Source: Eledone cirrhosa (taxonomy: Eukaryota). Taken from it: DNA of 64,000 nt. The position numbers and the translations under genes were made by a program. The notes beneath the pieces were generated by a model, which was not told the DNA's origin, did not search any database, and was given only the letters and a program-made list of their open reading frames with translations. The stretch spans positions 38,874,001 through 38,938,000 of the forward strand of contig OZ024740.1 in NCBI GenBank assembly GCA_964016885.1, given 5' to 3'. Below are positions 1-13,610 of this stretch, in pieces. Every line of letters starts with the position of its first letter. Position 1 is the first letter of the stretch.

Positions 1-480
1 ATGATTTATTTCTCATTGTGTTCTTTTGTTTGTTTGAAACAGCAAAAACAAAAAATTTATCACAGTATACAATTCCAATGAAGAACAAACGAAATAGTAA
101 GGAGGAAAGAAAGAAAGAAAGTATCACGTATGATGTAACAGAAATATTCTCAACTTCCCTATCACTAAAATCTTCAGTCTATCTATATCCAAGGTTAGGT
201 GTAGAAATAAGGAGAATATTACACGAGCCATCACCGGAAATATTTGAATAACATCTTTAAAAAAAGCTACAAATAGACTACATGTAAACACCAAAATAAC
301 TGAACCAACAAAGGAGCCTCTGCATAATTGTGCAACCTGCTAGAATCAGCAGTTAAATTTCTCTGAAATCACTACTTACCGTTTTTTTTTGTTTTTTTTT
401 TTAAAGAGAAAGAAATGTTCTACACATACTAGGTCTGATAAAATAAAGAACCGGATGGTCATGGCTGGAAAGTCTTTCAT

Positions 481-511
<31 letters not shown>

Positions 512-1954
512 TAATTTAACAATGAAAAAATAATAAAGTCAAGTTATTTTACCTATTCATATCGTTGAGTTCTATCTACGGTACGGACACTACCACAAGG
601 GTAAACCGCATTGGAAAAGAAATGTATATATATAATGGATGAAGTCTATCAGGGTGACTGCAACTACATTCTCAGACAAAGAGAAACACAAACCTGGAGA
701 ATTTCAATGAACAAAAAATTAACTGATATTCTTATAGTGGACAGTGGTCAACTTTGGAATGACAGGTGAACAGAGATGAAGGATATAATCGAGATAGTAA
801 ACACTTACGTTATGGAAGACTGCCATCTTATCAAATATGCTTTTATTATGAAATATTTTTATCCTTTCAATACAACCGTATATACAGGGTGTGGTGAATA
901 TCATTGAAGGAACGTCATATACCAACAACTTTAGCAATCAACGACGTTTTTAAAGCAAGTTATATTGTGTCATCGGCGCTCTAACAATGTGACAAAGTAA
1001 AATGACACAGATGAAACCTGAAAGTATTTCCAATCTGGAATATATTTCAACAATCGATAGAATAAACGTATTCGTTGGTGTTCTTTTTAAAATTCAACTC
1101 TACATTTTCACAATGAAAGTATTTACAATCCAGATTATATTTTTGATATCCTTTCATAAATAATGTTCAGTAAGAGAGTGTTGTTACGTGTGTCTATCTT
1201 TCATATTGTGTATGTGTCTACATATTATTTCTGTTTGTGTGTGAGTATATGTCTATCGCAGTATGTTTTTAATGTATTTGTGCACGTTCGCGAAAAGATG
1301 TGTGTGTTTGTATGTGAAGTATTTTGTCTGATATTTTTTCTCTTTGTCTGTAAGTTTTTTAAAACACATACATGCTCGTTTCTTTGTATCGTCTCTTCCG
1401 TTAATAGCTGTAAATTACCTTTATTGATTTATATAAGAAACAAATATCCGTTCGTTTTGAAGTTTCCAGTTGAAGCAATGTCTGTGAGATGTTTTAGGAA
1501 AATAAGCTTGTTCAGACTATATTAGTCAAAATTGTTTTTTTTTTTTTTTCGGTAGAATGAACTGTTTTCGCTAAATTTCAGTAACCCCCAAACAGAAATA
1601 TTCAGTTTCAGAGTTATATACACACACCTGTGTGTTTGTGTATGACTGTATATATGCATATGTTATATATATATATGATGGACTCTCCCGTCGATATCCG
1701 ACGTATGAGTGTCCAACAAAAGCTGATATGAGAAAGTGAACTGATGTTGAACTACCCACACAAAGTTTTCTTTTAAATGGTGAAGGCTTGTGTAGGACCA
1801 GCCACACATATCTTCGGTGAAAATGTTTGCCAGCGAAAATGACGACAGCTCAGCTTTTTATGCCTCGGAGTTTAACCTCTCCGTATATAAAAAAAAAATA
1901 ATATTTGGATGGCCGTTGACTGCTGAGTTCCTCCGCCCTTTGCCGGGTCTTGTA

Positions 1955-2019
<65 letters not shown>

Positions 2020-2126
2020 TTACATATGTCGATTAATTGATTTGTGTCTAGATATTTATATCCTCCCGGGTGTTCCTTTTTCTTTCACATTTTGGGTGTT
2101 ATTACTATATATATATATATATATAC

Positions 2127-2252
2127 GAGAAAAACCACAAACCGTCCATTTCAATTCTACTTTTGAAAAGCTTAAGAACTGTGAAACCGGTAAAGGAACC
2201 AAATAAATATTCTTTAAAAGACTCCAGTTGCATTTTCGATTTCATCTTTTTT

Positions 2253-2256
<4 letters not shown>
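2127..2256 (+). mobile_element. (TA)n-flanked Penelope/retrozyme-like non-coding fragment (family A)
   Basis: Bounded by (TA)n on both sides; homologous to both arms of the palindrome at 32776-33045; contains a hammerhead-like motif. Confidence 0.6.
2160..2195 (+). ncRNA. minimal type-I hammerhead ribozyme motif, U3-A8 variant, stem II degenerate
   Basis: CTT-TTGAAAA-GCTTAAGAACTGT-GAAA-CCGG-TA-AAG. Confidence 0.5.
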
Positions 2257-2296
<40 letters not shown>

Positions 2297-2297
2297 G

Positions 2298-2488
2298 CAG
2301 GGTGTCCCAAAAATATATACGCACTTCAAGAGCATTCTAATAAATATTGCCTGTACAGGTAATCAAAGTGTGTATACATTTTGGGGAAACCCCCTGTATA
2401 TATAATATATGTATACACACTTTGATTGCCTGTACAGGCAGTATTTATTAGAATGCTGTTGAAGTGTGTATATATTTTTGGGACACCC

Positions 2489-2490
<2 letters not shown>
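2298..2490. mobile_element. Tc1/mariner-type MITE (fold-back)
   Basis: Termini CAGGGTGTCCCAAAAATATATAC / GTATATATTTTTGGGACACCCTG; about 80-bp inverted arms; inside a TA/CA microsatellite. Confidence 0.75.
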
Positions 2491-2539
<49 letters not shown>

Positions 2540-2747
2540 CACATAAAATGTGAAAGAAAAAAGAACACTCGGTAGGATATAAATATCTAGGCACAAATCA
2601 ATTAACATGTAAATTTGTAACAGAAAAAATTAAAGATTAGAAAACCGACTAATTAAGAGAATATCGTACAATGAAAATAGTGAAACATGATAGAACTTAG
2701 ATTAACGAACACGGGAAGAAATATAAGTGAATCTTCGATAGGAAGAA

Positions 2748-3020
2748 CAGCGGCGCGCAGAGCTCTGGTGATGGCTGGGGTAAATCTTGATTGTATGCCC
2801 CAAAGACTCAAGTATAAGGCCTAATATACTGAGAAATATTATGAGAAAGGAAAACATTTTGAATATATATACACAGATAAAACATGAAATAAACGCTTTA
2901 TTCGATTTTAATATAAATCAATCAAATGTATTAAGTTCTTTTCCCCAAATGATGCCCCCATCCAAAGGATGCCCGGGACCAACGCAGCGTCGCCCCTCTG
3001 CCAACCTCTGCACGCTACTG
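2748..3020. mobile_element. hAT-type MITE
   Basis: TIRs CAGCGGCGCGCAGAG / CTCTGCACGCTACTG; perfect 8-bp TSD AGGAAGAA (2740-2747, 3021-3028). Confidence 0.85.
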
Positions 3021-3374
3021 AGGAAGAAACAATAAGCTATTTTATTAAATATCCTATAATATTTTATTTCGATTTGATTCTATATTTTCATGTGAAATAT
3101 TTATGTAATTAAGTAATAGAGATATATATCTTTGTATATGATGAATTTAAGACAGCTATGGTATTTGTGTTTGTAATTTCAAGCGATCTATATTGTCAGT
3201 ATATTTGTTTGGGAAAATATGTGAACTTTGTTATTATGTAATTTCATATATATTGTTTATTTCAATATAATCAATATTCATCAAAGAAGACCCATATTGA
3301 CCAGACATTGCAGTCTGTTTCCAGAGTCGCTAGTACAACAAAAATTATGTAAATACAGTTTAATAAAAACAAAA

Positions 3375-3510
3375 GATTAAAAAATTAGATTGAGAAGAAA
3401 GAATGGAATGTAAAATAGAAAAAAAAGGAAGGGAATGGCAAGGACTCTAGTGTCACAGAAGAATGGAGGGGGAGGTGTGTGATTGGGCTCTGGGTCGATG
3501 GCGTGGCGGT
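3375..3510 (-). mobile_element. 3' end fragment of a CRE-like non-LTR element
   Basis: Reverse complement resembles 5165-5275 (TTCTGYGACACYAGA, pyrimidine-rich 3' UTR). Confidence 0.5.
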
Positions 3511-4169
3511 AATCCGCAAAAACATATACACAAGAATCTGTAAAATACCTCGCGATATAAAGGTGTAGCGGATAATGTCGGTCACCAATTGTAGTGGATA
3601 GTGAGAAAGCTGTGTTCGTTTCACAGCGGCGGTCACCATTTGTTGCGGATAATATATTATTTATGCGTTTGTGTCTATTCTTAGAATACGTTATTCGTCT
3701 CAAGGACTGCTGCTTCATGTCTGCCTGTGGCCGAGAAGGTGAGAACCAGTAATTCCAGGAGAGAGAAAGGGTAAAAGGTCTGCTGATGCCTACATCGTTA
3801 TCACTCACGGACTGTTGCTTCGGGTCTGCATTCTGGGTTCCCAAAGTCCTTGTATTTATAATAAATCTATAGTTAGAAGGATGTGTATATGAGGTCGATT
3901 TATGATCAGCCATGTGGATATCGTCTCCCGGGAAGCTGAGGTCACAGGTCAAGTAGTATGTACGTTTATCATCGTTGTCTTGACAGGACAATGGTGGGAA
4001 CCTTCCAATAATGGGTGGTACCAGAGGCGAGAAACCTCAGATTCGGTTTCGAATCTTCGCCGGTAAAACATAGGAGTATTCCGTTATAAAGGTATTAAAT
4101 TACTGACCAGTCATTCCAGAGTCACTGGTAGACTATTTATACACAAGAATCTGTAAAGTACCTCGTGAT

Positions 4170-5275
4170 GTTAAGTTGTGCGGAACTCATCTGCAATGTC
4201 AGTTTCGACAGCGCAGGCTGGCAACAGGCGACACTCCCAGCGAGGTTCGGTGGCCTTGGCCTCCGGTCAGCTTCGAACCTAGCTTTACCTACCTACCTTT
4301 CCTCTATCTCCTCCTATCGCGCTCTCGTCAGCGAGGTTCTCAGCCAGACGGCTGAACCCGACCTGGCCCCCGAGATGGAATAGGCTCTGGCCTACTGGAC
4401 AGGCGAATGCCTCTCTACTCCCCCCCCCCCAGTATACCATGGTCCAACGTAACTGGGACGACTTCAATTTCAGGTCCCCTGTCAGGCGGATCGAGTCTGG
4501 CTTGGACCAATTCCGCCTCGCCTGTCTCCGCCCCGCTTCTCAGCCCAACAGCGGTACCTGGCTCAATCCGGTGCCTTCCTTTTAAACCGGTACTCTACTT
4601 GATGATGAGTGCACTCGCATCGGTGTAACCCAACGCCTTGGCCTCCGCGTGTGTGAGCCTCATAAATGCTGCTGCAGGACGGTTGTTGACAAGTTCGGCC
4701 TGCACCCCCTGTCTTGCTGCCAGAGCGTTGACCGGTTTTTCCGACACGCCACTCTCAACAACATAAGAAGAAGCCTGGACGCAGCTGGCTTTCCATCTCA
4801 ACTGGAACCAGCAGGCCTAGACCGCGGAGATGGCAAGCGCCCCGACGAAATCACCCTATTCCTATTCAAAGGAGGTTGATCCCTCATCTGGGACGCCACC
4901 TGCTGCGTCAGGTTCTCCACCTCAGTCGCTTCGGCCACAAACCCCGGCATCGCAGCCCGCCTCGCAGAAGAACATAAAATAAACAAATACCGGGGTTTGT
5001 CCGGCCGCCGTCGAAGCATCAGGCGTACTTGGAACCCGTACAGCCGACTCCTCCACAAGATCGGAACGTCGGCGGCCCGTCCACGAGGTTGGGTGGCTGT
5101 TGCAGCGGGTGTCACTGGCCAACGTCTAGGGCTTTGTCAGCAGGGCACAACACTTCTGCTCTCTTGCCGTAGGCCCAAAGTCCAATCACCCTCCCCTCTC
5201 TTCTGCGACACCAGACCTCTTCCCATCCCTCGCCCTTCTTTTTCTTCTTTCTCTTACTAAATTTTATTTTAAAAA
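4170..5275 (+). mobile_element. 5'-truncated, decayed CRE-clade (RLE) non-LTR retrotransposon
   Basis: Broken ORFs WQQATLPARFGGLGLRS; CEPHKCCC..VDKFGLHPLSC..RH..LN; EPAGLDRGDGKRPD (restriction-like endonuclease). Confidence 0.85.
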
Positions 5276-5433
5276 TAAACATATCAAGTAGTTGAAGTGA
5301 AAACAGTGAGACATCAGACGTGAATTCTACACCTTAACTAAAGTCTCTTCTTGAGTAGATCTATACATATCGAACTGTTGAAGTAAATTCCAGATATTAG
5401 CCTAACTCCACAACAGTACATTATTTAGTTGTG

Positions 5434-5710
5434 AGGTGAATTGGTAGTATCGGTAGAGGGTTGAACTCCATGCTTTCTAGCATAGTTACGTCCCTTTACG
5501 GTCTGAGTTCAAATCCCGTCGAGGTTAACTTTGCCTTTCATCCTTACAGGGTCGATAAAATAAAGGACCAGTAATGCACTGGGATAATTGATGGCCTTGT
5601 GCCAAAAGTAGAAATAATTATTTAGTTGTGAGGGCGGTAGATTGGCAGTGTCGGTAGAGAGTCGGACAACTTGCTTTGCGACATAGAGTTACGACCCGTT
5701 ACGTTCAAAT
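5434..5710 (+). mobile_element. tRNA-derived SINE plus a following 5' partial copy
   Basis: A-box TGGYAGTRTCGG, B-box GAGTTCAAATCC, core GCCTTTCATCCTTAC.GGGTCGATAAAATAAAG. Confidence 0.85.
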
Positions 5711-5729
5711 GCATTACATGAAATGTTCA

Positions 5730-6148
5730 AGAACACTAGGAAATAGTATTTTATTTACAATTTTAAAATAATAATATAATGAAATTATTGTGTACAGTGC
5801 TCAGGTGCACTACAACTCATCAAAGTGTATGTATAGTACATAGAATAATGTACAAATGTCAGGGAAGTGAATAGTGTACGAGTCATGAAATATACGTGTG
5901 TGTGTGTGTGTATGGAGGAGGGATATCAGGTGTAGTGTTGGCGAATTTCAGGAAGCATAGAGGTTTTAAAGGATGCAGGTAGTTTGTTCCAAGGAGGTTT
6001 TAAAGGATGCAGTGTCTCGACAGCTAACAACTGATGCAGGTAATTTGTTCCATGATTCAGCAACTCTGAGCGTGAAAAAATGTTTCCGAAAGTCATGGGA
6101 GCTGTGCTGTTTTCTGACATTGTTGGCATGCCCACGTGTGTTAGACAT
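5730..6148 (-). mobile_element. CR1/L2-group LINE 3' fragment
   Basis: NTRGH...FRKHFFTLRVAESWNKLPASVV...SFK is a typical CR1 ORF2 C-terminus; small internal duplication at about 5960-6045. Confidence 0.8.
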
Positions 6149-6231
6149 ATGGAATTATAAATAATATTACAAATATATCAAGTATATAAGATTAAATAGA
6201 AAGTATATATATACATAAATTATTGCTAGGA

Positions 6232-6790
6232 ACCTTTCTACTTTTGGCACAAAGCCAGCAAATACCCAGTACATTACTGGTACTTTATTTTATTGACCCC
6301 GTAAGGATGAAAGGCAAAGCTAACCTCGGCGGGATTTGAACTCAGAATGGAAAGGGCCGTAACTCTGCGTCAAAGCAAGGCGTCCGACCCTCTACCGATA
6401 CTGCCAATCCACCAATCTTACATAATACACAAACATTTTATTCACAGTTGTATACATTTTTCGATTAATGCCGATTTCACTAATTACCAACATTCATTTA
6501 TTTTATAGGTAGATTATTTGGGTAAGAATTTATCTTAAATATTTTATTCACTGTTGTATAAAAAGAGATATAATAATGGTTTCTTATATAGGCGCAAGGC
6601 CAGCAATTTTAGGGGAGGGAAAAGTCGATTAAATCGACCCAGTGCATGACTGGTACTTTATTTTATCGACCCCGTAAAGATGAAAGGTAAAGTTAACCTC
6701 GGCGGGATTTGAACTCAGACCGTAGAGGGCCGTAACTCTATGCTGCAAAGCATGGCGTCCGACGCTCTATCGATACTGCCAATCCACTGT
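6232..6790 (-). mobile_element. two SINE copies (about 6232-6415 and 6575-6790)
   Basis: Reverse complement of the window SINE consensus. Confidence 0.85.
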
Positions 6791-6804
6791 CCTAATACAA
6801 TACT

Positions 6805-7232
6805 TACAGAACGAAAGCACTAACAAATATAATATAAAGGAAAAGGAAAACAGAAAAAAAACGAAAGGAAAAGAAAAAGTAAAGAAATAAAAAACAAAAA
6901 AAAAACATCTGGGACCACATACAACAAAAGGCAGGCGAAAGGGGTGGACATACGAGCCGCTACCAGAGTAAAAGATAACAGTATCGCAAGGAGCAATGGG
7001 AAACCTCTGTAATGAATTTTTAGCCAAGCCAGCACGCTCGCAGCGTTATCCTGGGTGATGGCCAGGCTGATGCACTGGAACAACCAAACGCCCTCACGAT
7101 CATCACCAGTTACCTTTATTAGGCGAGCCGCCATTGAAGATAGGAATCTCGCTGTCAGTAGCTCGACTTCCCTAAACGTCTCGAACGCCACAGGCTGGAA
7201 AATGTAGTTGGCCGACAGATCACGGCATTTTA
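6805..7232 (-). mobile_element. CRE-like non-LTR 3' fragment
   Basis: AFETFREVE..TARFL...TGDDREGVWLFQCISLAITQDNAASVL; near-identical organisation to 26910-27560. Confidence 0.8.
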
Positions 7233-7294
7233 ATAGCAGTATTTATACATAAGAATCTGTTCCTTGCGATAGAAACGTATTAAACTATTGGGAG

Positions 7295-7688
7295 AGGCTA
7301 TTTTGCCGGTAAGAGCGTTAGACGCCATGCTTTGCAGCATAGTATTACGGCCCTTTACAGTCTGAATTCCAATCCCGCCGAGGTTAGCTTTGCCTTTCAT
7401 CCTTATGGGGTCGATAAAATAAAGAACCAGTAATGCACGGGGGTCGATTTAACTGACTTTCCCCTCTCCCAAAATGGTCGGCCTTGTGCCTAAATCAGAA
7501 ACAATTATTATGAAAGTAGGTAATGTTAAAAATGACACAATTTTTTTTTTTTTTTTTTTTCACCATGAATTATTAAGACAATTTAAACCCTAACCCAACA
7601 CTAACACTATTTATATTTACCGGGAACCGGGGTAAAATAGGCTTAAATAGTATGTTTGTCTATTTTACCGGGACCGGCAAAATAGCCT
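7295..7688. mobile_element. TIR element (MITE) interrupted by a plus-strand SINE (about 7311-7510)
   Basis: 16-bp inverted termini AGGCTATTTTGCCGGT / ACCGGCAAAATAGCCT. Confidence 0.55.
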
Positions 7689-8822
7689 ATTCATAGACTA
7701 TTTATACACAACAATCTGTAGTGCTTTGCGATATTAAGGTATTAAATTATTGCTGACCATGTTCTAATAAGATAGAACAAGAATCCATCGGAATATAGAA
7801 GTGTAGCGAAATCTCTTCACATTTTCCCACGATAGTTTTAATACTGATCTACGACCTCAGAGTCCCAGGTAGCTTAGATAACGTTCTTTGGTTGAAGGAC
7901 TAAAGGCGCCAGTTGTATGCAGGGAGAACAATAGATAATTTTCCCTTTGGAAAAATCAGTCTACTTTTCCACTCCGAGAGAAACAGTTTGTTCCTTTAGC
8001 CTTGCGATGTAGCGACATACAGTTACACACTTTCGTTAACCAGCCTTGCTGGAATCGGCACTAACTGAAAAAATTACCAACACAGGTTTGCACACATAAC
8101 ATACAACTATATGTGTATCTTTTTCCTTTGTTCATTGCTGTAAGTGATTTCGAAATAAAAGCATTAAAGCTATCGGTGTCTTGCTCATTTGTTTATGCTT
8201 ATTCGTGTGACATGGGAAAATCATCTTCCCCGTGGTAATATCACTTCACACCACAAGCGAGTACAACTTCTTGTTTCCTTGAATATAGCTTCTCTCGACT
8301 CACTGAGACCGACTTCACTTTCTTGCCATTATTCAACCAACAAGCTACTCACTCAACAACTTCACTTTTCATCACTACTACTACTACTACAAATGAACGA
8401 ATCAACCTGGCAACAACAAAACAAAATTGTTACAATCTCCGTTAAAGAAGTACAGACAAAAATAAAGCAGCAAATCAGAACTATGGCCATAACTATGACT
8501 TGATATGCTGTACAATTGGAATAGGATAGACATGAAGCTATTTATTACTGGCAAGAAATAGTTTAGCGTGAAAAGAATTTCTCAAAAATTTAAGGAAAGT
8601 ATATTTACTTGCTCATTATTCGGAATTAGATTTAGTAATCAGAGTTATGACCAGGTAAGTAACCAATCTCACTCATTTCCTAGGAGGAAAACTGAGAGCG
8701 GTACCTTTCCCATTTTTTTTAAAAGTCGAACTGAAATCGAGGCCGTATTTTAGATTCGAGTTGCAAGAAATTTAATCCTATTCTATTTCTTTGATTACTG
8801 TCGTGTGTGGGGATTGACACAT

Positions 8823-9200
8823 TTAGAAAACAATTTTTTTTTTTTTGTCATTGACTATAATACCTGGCTGGTTGGCTTTGATCTCTCTGTTTGTGTGTAG
8901 CGACATATCCCAGAGTATGGTTGCTTTGTCATTCTCTGACACCTTTTTTTGTCTGTTTATACCACATTTTTTTCTCTTGATATTTCGTAGTGTTATCATA
9001 ACTTCCGGTTTATCCAAATCCCAACTCTATCATGCCTGTGGATATATTCTTTTTTAGCTAAGACGGCAACCAGAGGCAATATGGTTAATTGTTTCTTCTC
9101 CACATATTCTGTAGTAACTTGCTTTGGTCTGCTTCATAATGTATTTTTTAGTGGTTTCTTTTGCGGGTCTTGGTCATATAGGAGTTTTTCTTGCTATCGT
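8823..9200 (-). mobile_element. decayed R4/Dong-like endonuclease-region fragment
   Basis: SENDKATILWDMSLHTNREIKANQPGIIVNDKKKK resembles the ILWD..I.T...I.ANRPDIVV RLE region. Confidence 0.65.
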
Positions 9201-10784
9201 TTTAAAATAACATTTTGGAGATCATTGTTGTTGTTGTTGTTATTATATTGACGTGAACGAGTGTCGCTTGAGGACGACTCCGGGGAAATTGGAATATTAA
9301 AATGTTTTACTGGATGAATATTTTGTATTATTTTGTAAGTAGGAACATTCATAAAGTTGGAACATCTATCCTCTTATCTGAGATAGACGGAAATATCTTC
9401 GAGATATTATTTTAAGTCTATCTCAATATCTTAGATAGATGGAAGATATATTATTTTAAGTTTTCTGAAAATTTTCCTATAGTCTTTGAAAACTTGATCT
9501 TGAATGAAAACTTTAAAATATTAGGCATATCGTTAAAAAGAATGGGTGAAAAGTGAACCGAAATAGAAACAGTGGATGTGGTAGAACACAGGAAGAGATG
9601 TTGATAAACTACAAATAGTGAGCTACTAGAATCGTTATAATCGACTATATCACTCCACTATTACCACAACCGCTAATATGAAGTATTGTGTCGATGGTAG
9701 AAACCAGTTTGATTAGGGTTGTTGTAGTACCTGGCAGAATTGGTTCAGTTACAGATGAAATGGCGTCGATATATTCAGTTGTTTTGGGGTTCAAATCCCG
9801 TCCAGTCTACACTTGCCTTTCACTCTTGTGGAATTGATAAGTTTAAATATTTTCACAATATAATCAATTGTCCCTTCTCTGTGGCCTTGTGCCATATAAA
9901 GAGGGTATTGGATTGGCAAAAGCGTTGGACAAATGTGTGGCCTTGCTCTCTATTAGAAAGAATTATTTTATTATATAAATTTGTATAAATAATGTTATTT
10001 TATTCATGTTTTTAGAACATGCTCAGTTTTCAATTCCTAATTTTGTAAATCGAAATAAAATAATTCAAAAGAAGTTGCTTTATCTCTTTTGACATGAAAT
10101 GATATCTGAACTAGAAATGTATCTATAAGATTAAAATCCACATACTGGTTTCTAAAATCAATTTTCCCCACTCGTGCTTGATGGGGATGGAATCAGAAAT
10201 AATATTATTTACATGCTTTTACTGCTTAAGATTTACAAAGTCAGGTCTACAGAGAATAAGATATGTTGGAAGAAGAAAGTATTTCTTCTCAACAGAGAAC
10301 ATACTGTAAATAAAAATAAAATGTATTCATGCAGAAAGTGATATGCTGGGGATTAATGATGTGTTTTTACTCGTAATAATGAAATTTTCAATTAATTGTT
10401 ATTGTCTGAGTCGACATCCTTATTTGATTCTCGCCTCATAGAAATATCCAAGTAATTGATAGGAAAAAATCGATCGAAATTAATTGTAAGAGTGGTAATG
10501 TGGCTTACATAGGATATTGTTGCAAGTTTATTTATCTATTTATTGCTAATCACAGCGAGTGGGCAGCCATGTCTAATTGAAATCAATTGTATCGTTCACA
10601 TAATCCCTTTTGTATTATTATTGTTATTCACACCAACAATAACACCAACATCAACAACAATACCATCACTAACACCACCAAGTGTCTCATACTAAGAAGA
10701 TTGAAAGACGAAGTCACCTAACTACAATTCAGTTTGGGAAAGAGAAGTACTAAACAAGATATTTAAACAAAACAAAACTCAATT

Positions 10785-12225
10785 TTTACTACGTGGGACA
10801 TTACTGGTGCTTTATTTATCGACCCTGTAAGGATGAGAGGCAAAGCTAGCCTCGGCAGGATTTGAAATCAGAACGTAAAAGGCCATAACTCTATGCTGTA
10901 AAGCCTTTTGTCCGGTGATATAACGATTCTGCCAATCCACCATAATAATTGTTTCTACTTTAGGCACAAGGCCAGCAATTACCCAGTGCATTACTGGTAC
11001 TTTATTTTATCGACCCCGTAAGGATGAAAGGCAAAGTCAACCTCGGCGGGATTTGAACTCAGATCGTAAAGGGACGTAACTATGCTGGAAAGCATGGCGT
11101 CCGACCCCCTACCGATATTGCCATAATAATGATTTCTGATTTAGGCACAAGGTCAACAATTTGAGGGGAATCGATAAAATCGAACCTGAGTGCATGACTG
11201 GTGCTTTATTTTGTCGGCCTCGTAAGGATGAAAGCTGACTTCGGTGGGATTTGAACTCATAACATTAGAATGTCATAATTAAATACCACAAAACATTTTG
11301 GCCGGCACTCTATCGATTCTGCCAACCACCATAATGATAATGATTTCTGATTTAGGCACAAGGCCAACAATTTTGGGGAGGGGAAAGTCGATTAAATTGA
11401 CCCCAGTGCATTACTGGTACTTTATTTTATCGACCCCTTAAGGATGAAAGGCAAAGTTAACCTCGGCGGGATTTGAAATCAGAACGCAAAAGCCATAACT
11501 CTATGCCGCGAAGCATGTTGTCAGACGCTCTACCGATTCTTCCAATCTACCGCCCTTGGCTTCTGATTTAGGCACCAGACCAACAATTGGGGGGGGGGGG
11601 CGATTAAATTGACTTCGGTGCGTTACTGATTCTTTATTTCATCAAAGTATGAAAGTATGAAAGGCAAAGCTAACCTTAGCGGGATTTGAACTCAGAATGT
11701 TATAAGTAAATACCACAAAGCATTTTAGCCGGCACTCTACCGATTTTGCCAATCCACCATAATAATTATTATTATTATTCCTAGTATAGGCACAAGGCCA
11801 GTAATTGGGGGGAGGGGGTCAATTAAATCGAACCAGTATATTACTGGTACTTTATTTTATCGACCCCGTAAGGATGAAAGGCAAAGTTAACCTCGTCGGG
11901 ATTTGAACTCAGAACGTAAAGAGACATAACTTTATGCCACAAAGCATGTTGTCTGATGCTCTACCGATTCTGCCAATCCACCACCTTTTTTTAATATAAT
12001 AATTCTTTCTACTTTTTGGCACAAGGCCAGTAATTATCTCAGTACATTACTGGTACTTTATTTTATCAGCCCCGTAAGGATGAAAGGCAAAGTAAACCTC
12101 GGCGGGATTGGAACTCAGAACGTAAAGGGCCATAACTCTATGCTGAAAAGCTTTGTATCTGACGCTTTACCGCTAATGAATAATAATAATAATAATAATA
12201 ATGATTTCTAACTTTGGCGCAAGGC
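10785..12225 (-). mobile_element. tandem array of about 8 SINE copies
   Basis: Head-to-tail repeats of the SINE separated by short (AAT)n linkers. Confidence 0.9.
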
Positions 12226-13021
12226 CACGAATTATTGTGGAGTAGAATAAAGTTGTATGACCTTTGTGTTTTCCTCAAAGACATTGCCAATGTAAGTAAA
12301 GTGAACTATAATCGGCTTGCCAAAAACCTAATTCTCGCTCTACAGTAGGAGTCCTAATTTCTCGAGTTATTAACAACTAAATATACTTATATTGATATTT
12401 ATATAGTTTTGAAACTGTGAAGAAACTTCGAAAAGATCACGTATTAAGTAGTGTACCACATAAGCTATACGAATATCTGTTTTCTAGTGAGGGGGAGAGG
12501 TATAGTTGCTTAGATTTACCTGAGAGTAATTACTGATACCGCTACGGAAGGATGAAAGGGCTTCACTGACTCCCACCCAACCTCAGAATCATGGTTTTGA
12601 ATAATTAATACTATGATATGATCCAACATGGGTGCTTCTGCGTGATTGCTGGGCTTGGTAGAAATAACAGCCAAATATCCTTCAAAACTCATTTCAGTCT
12701 TTAGAAAGAAAACACATTAGATATTATAGTCGTAATCGTAGTTAACATTTTGTTTTTTAAATGGATAATGACGGCTGGAATGGCTTTGATTATAAATCTA
12801 CTTGATTAGGATTAACATGGAACCACATAATATCAACTAAAACAACGACATTTGGGTTGATATATCATTTACAGAATTATTATTATTTATAAGTTTGTTG
12901 GTAGTAAAAGATTGATATAAGTTTGTGTTATAAAACTGAAAGCTGCGTTCCCACGCGAGTAAAGATAGGAAAATAGGTGGAAAAGTAGAAAATATTTTTT
13001 GTTTTCCACAATATCTTATGA

Positions 13022-13610
13022 CTTGGCAGTATTGGTAGAGGGTTGGACGCCATGCTTTGCAGCATCGTTACGACCCTTTACGGACTGAGTTCAAATCACG
13101 TCGAGGTTAACTTTGCCTTTCATCCTTACGGGGTCGAAAAAATAAAGTACCAGTAATGTACTGGTTAATTGCTGGCCTTGTGGCAAAAGTAGAAACAATT
13201 ATATTTAGAAGGATCGAAGGGTCGGACGCCATGTTTTGACGCATAGAGTTACGGCCATTTCCATTCTGAGTTCAAATCCCGCCGAGGTTAACTTTGCCTT
13301 TCATCCTTACGGGGTCGATAAAATAAAGTACCAGTAATGTACTGGGATATTGCTGGCCTTGTGCCAAAAATAGAAACATTTATTATCTTTGTAGGGAAAT
13401 GGATTGGCAGTATCGGTAGAGGGTCAGACGCCATGCTTTACAGCATAGAGTAACGGCCCTTTGCGGTCTGAGTCTAAATCCCGCCGAGGTTAACTTTGCC
13501 TTTCATCCTTACGGGGTCGATAAAATAAAGTACCAGTAATACACTGGGGTTAATTGCTGATCTTGTGCCAAAAATCTTTGTAGGAAAGTGGATTGGCAGA
13601 AATGATAAAG
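13022..13610 (+). mobile_element. tandem array of 3 SINE copies plus a partial copy
   Basis: Three B-box/core repeats at about 13085, 13268 and 13468. Confidence 0.9.

Noticed and set aside
3641-4069. Possible solo LTR, or the 204-aa ORF 3377-3991
   Set aside because: TG..CA ends without matching TSD; the ORF has no recognisable motif and runs into a repeat
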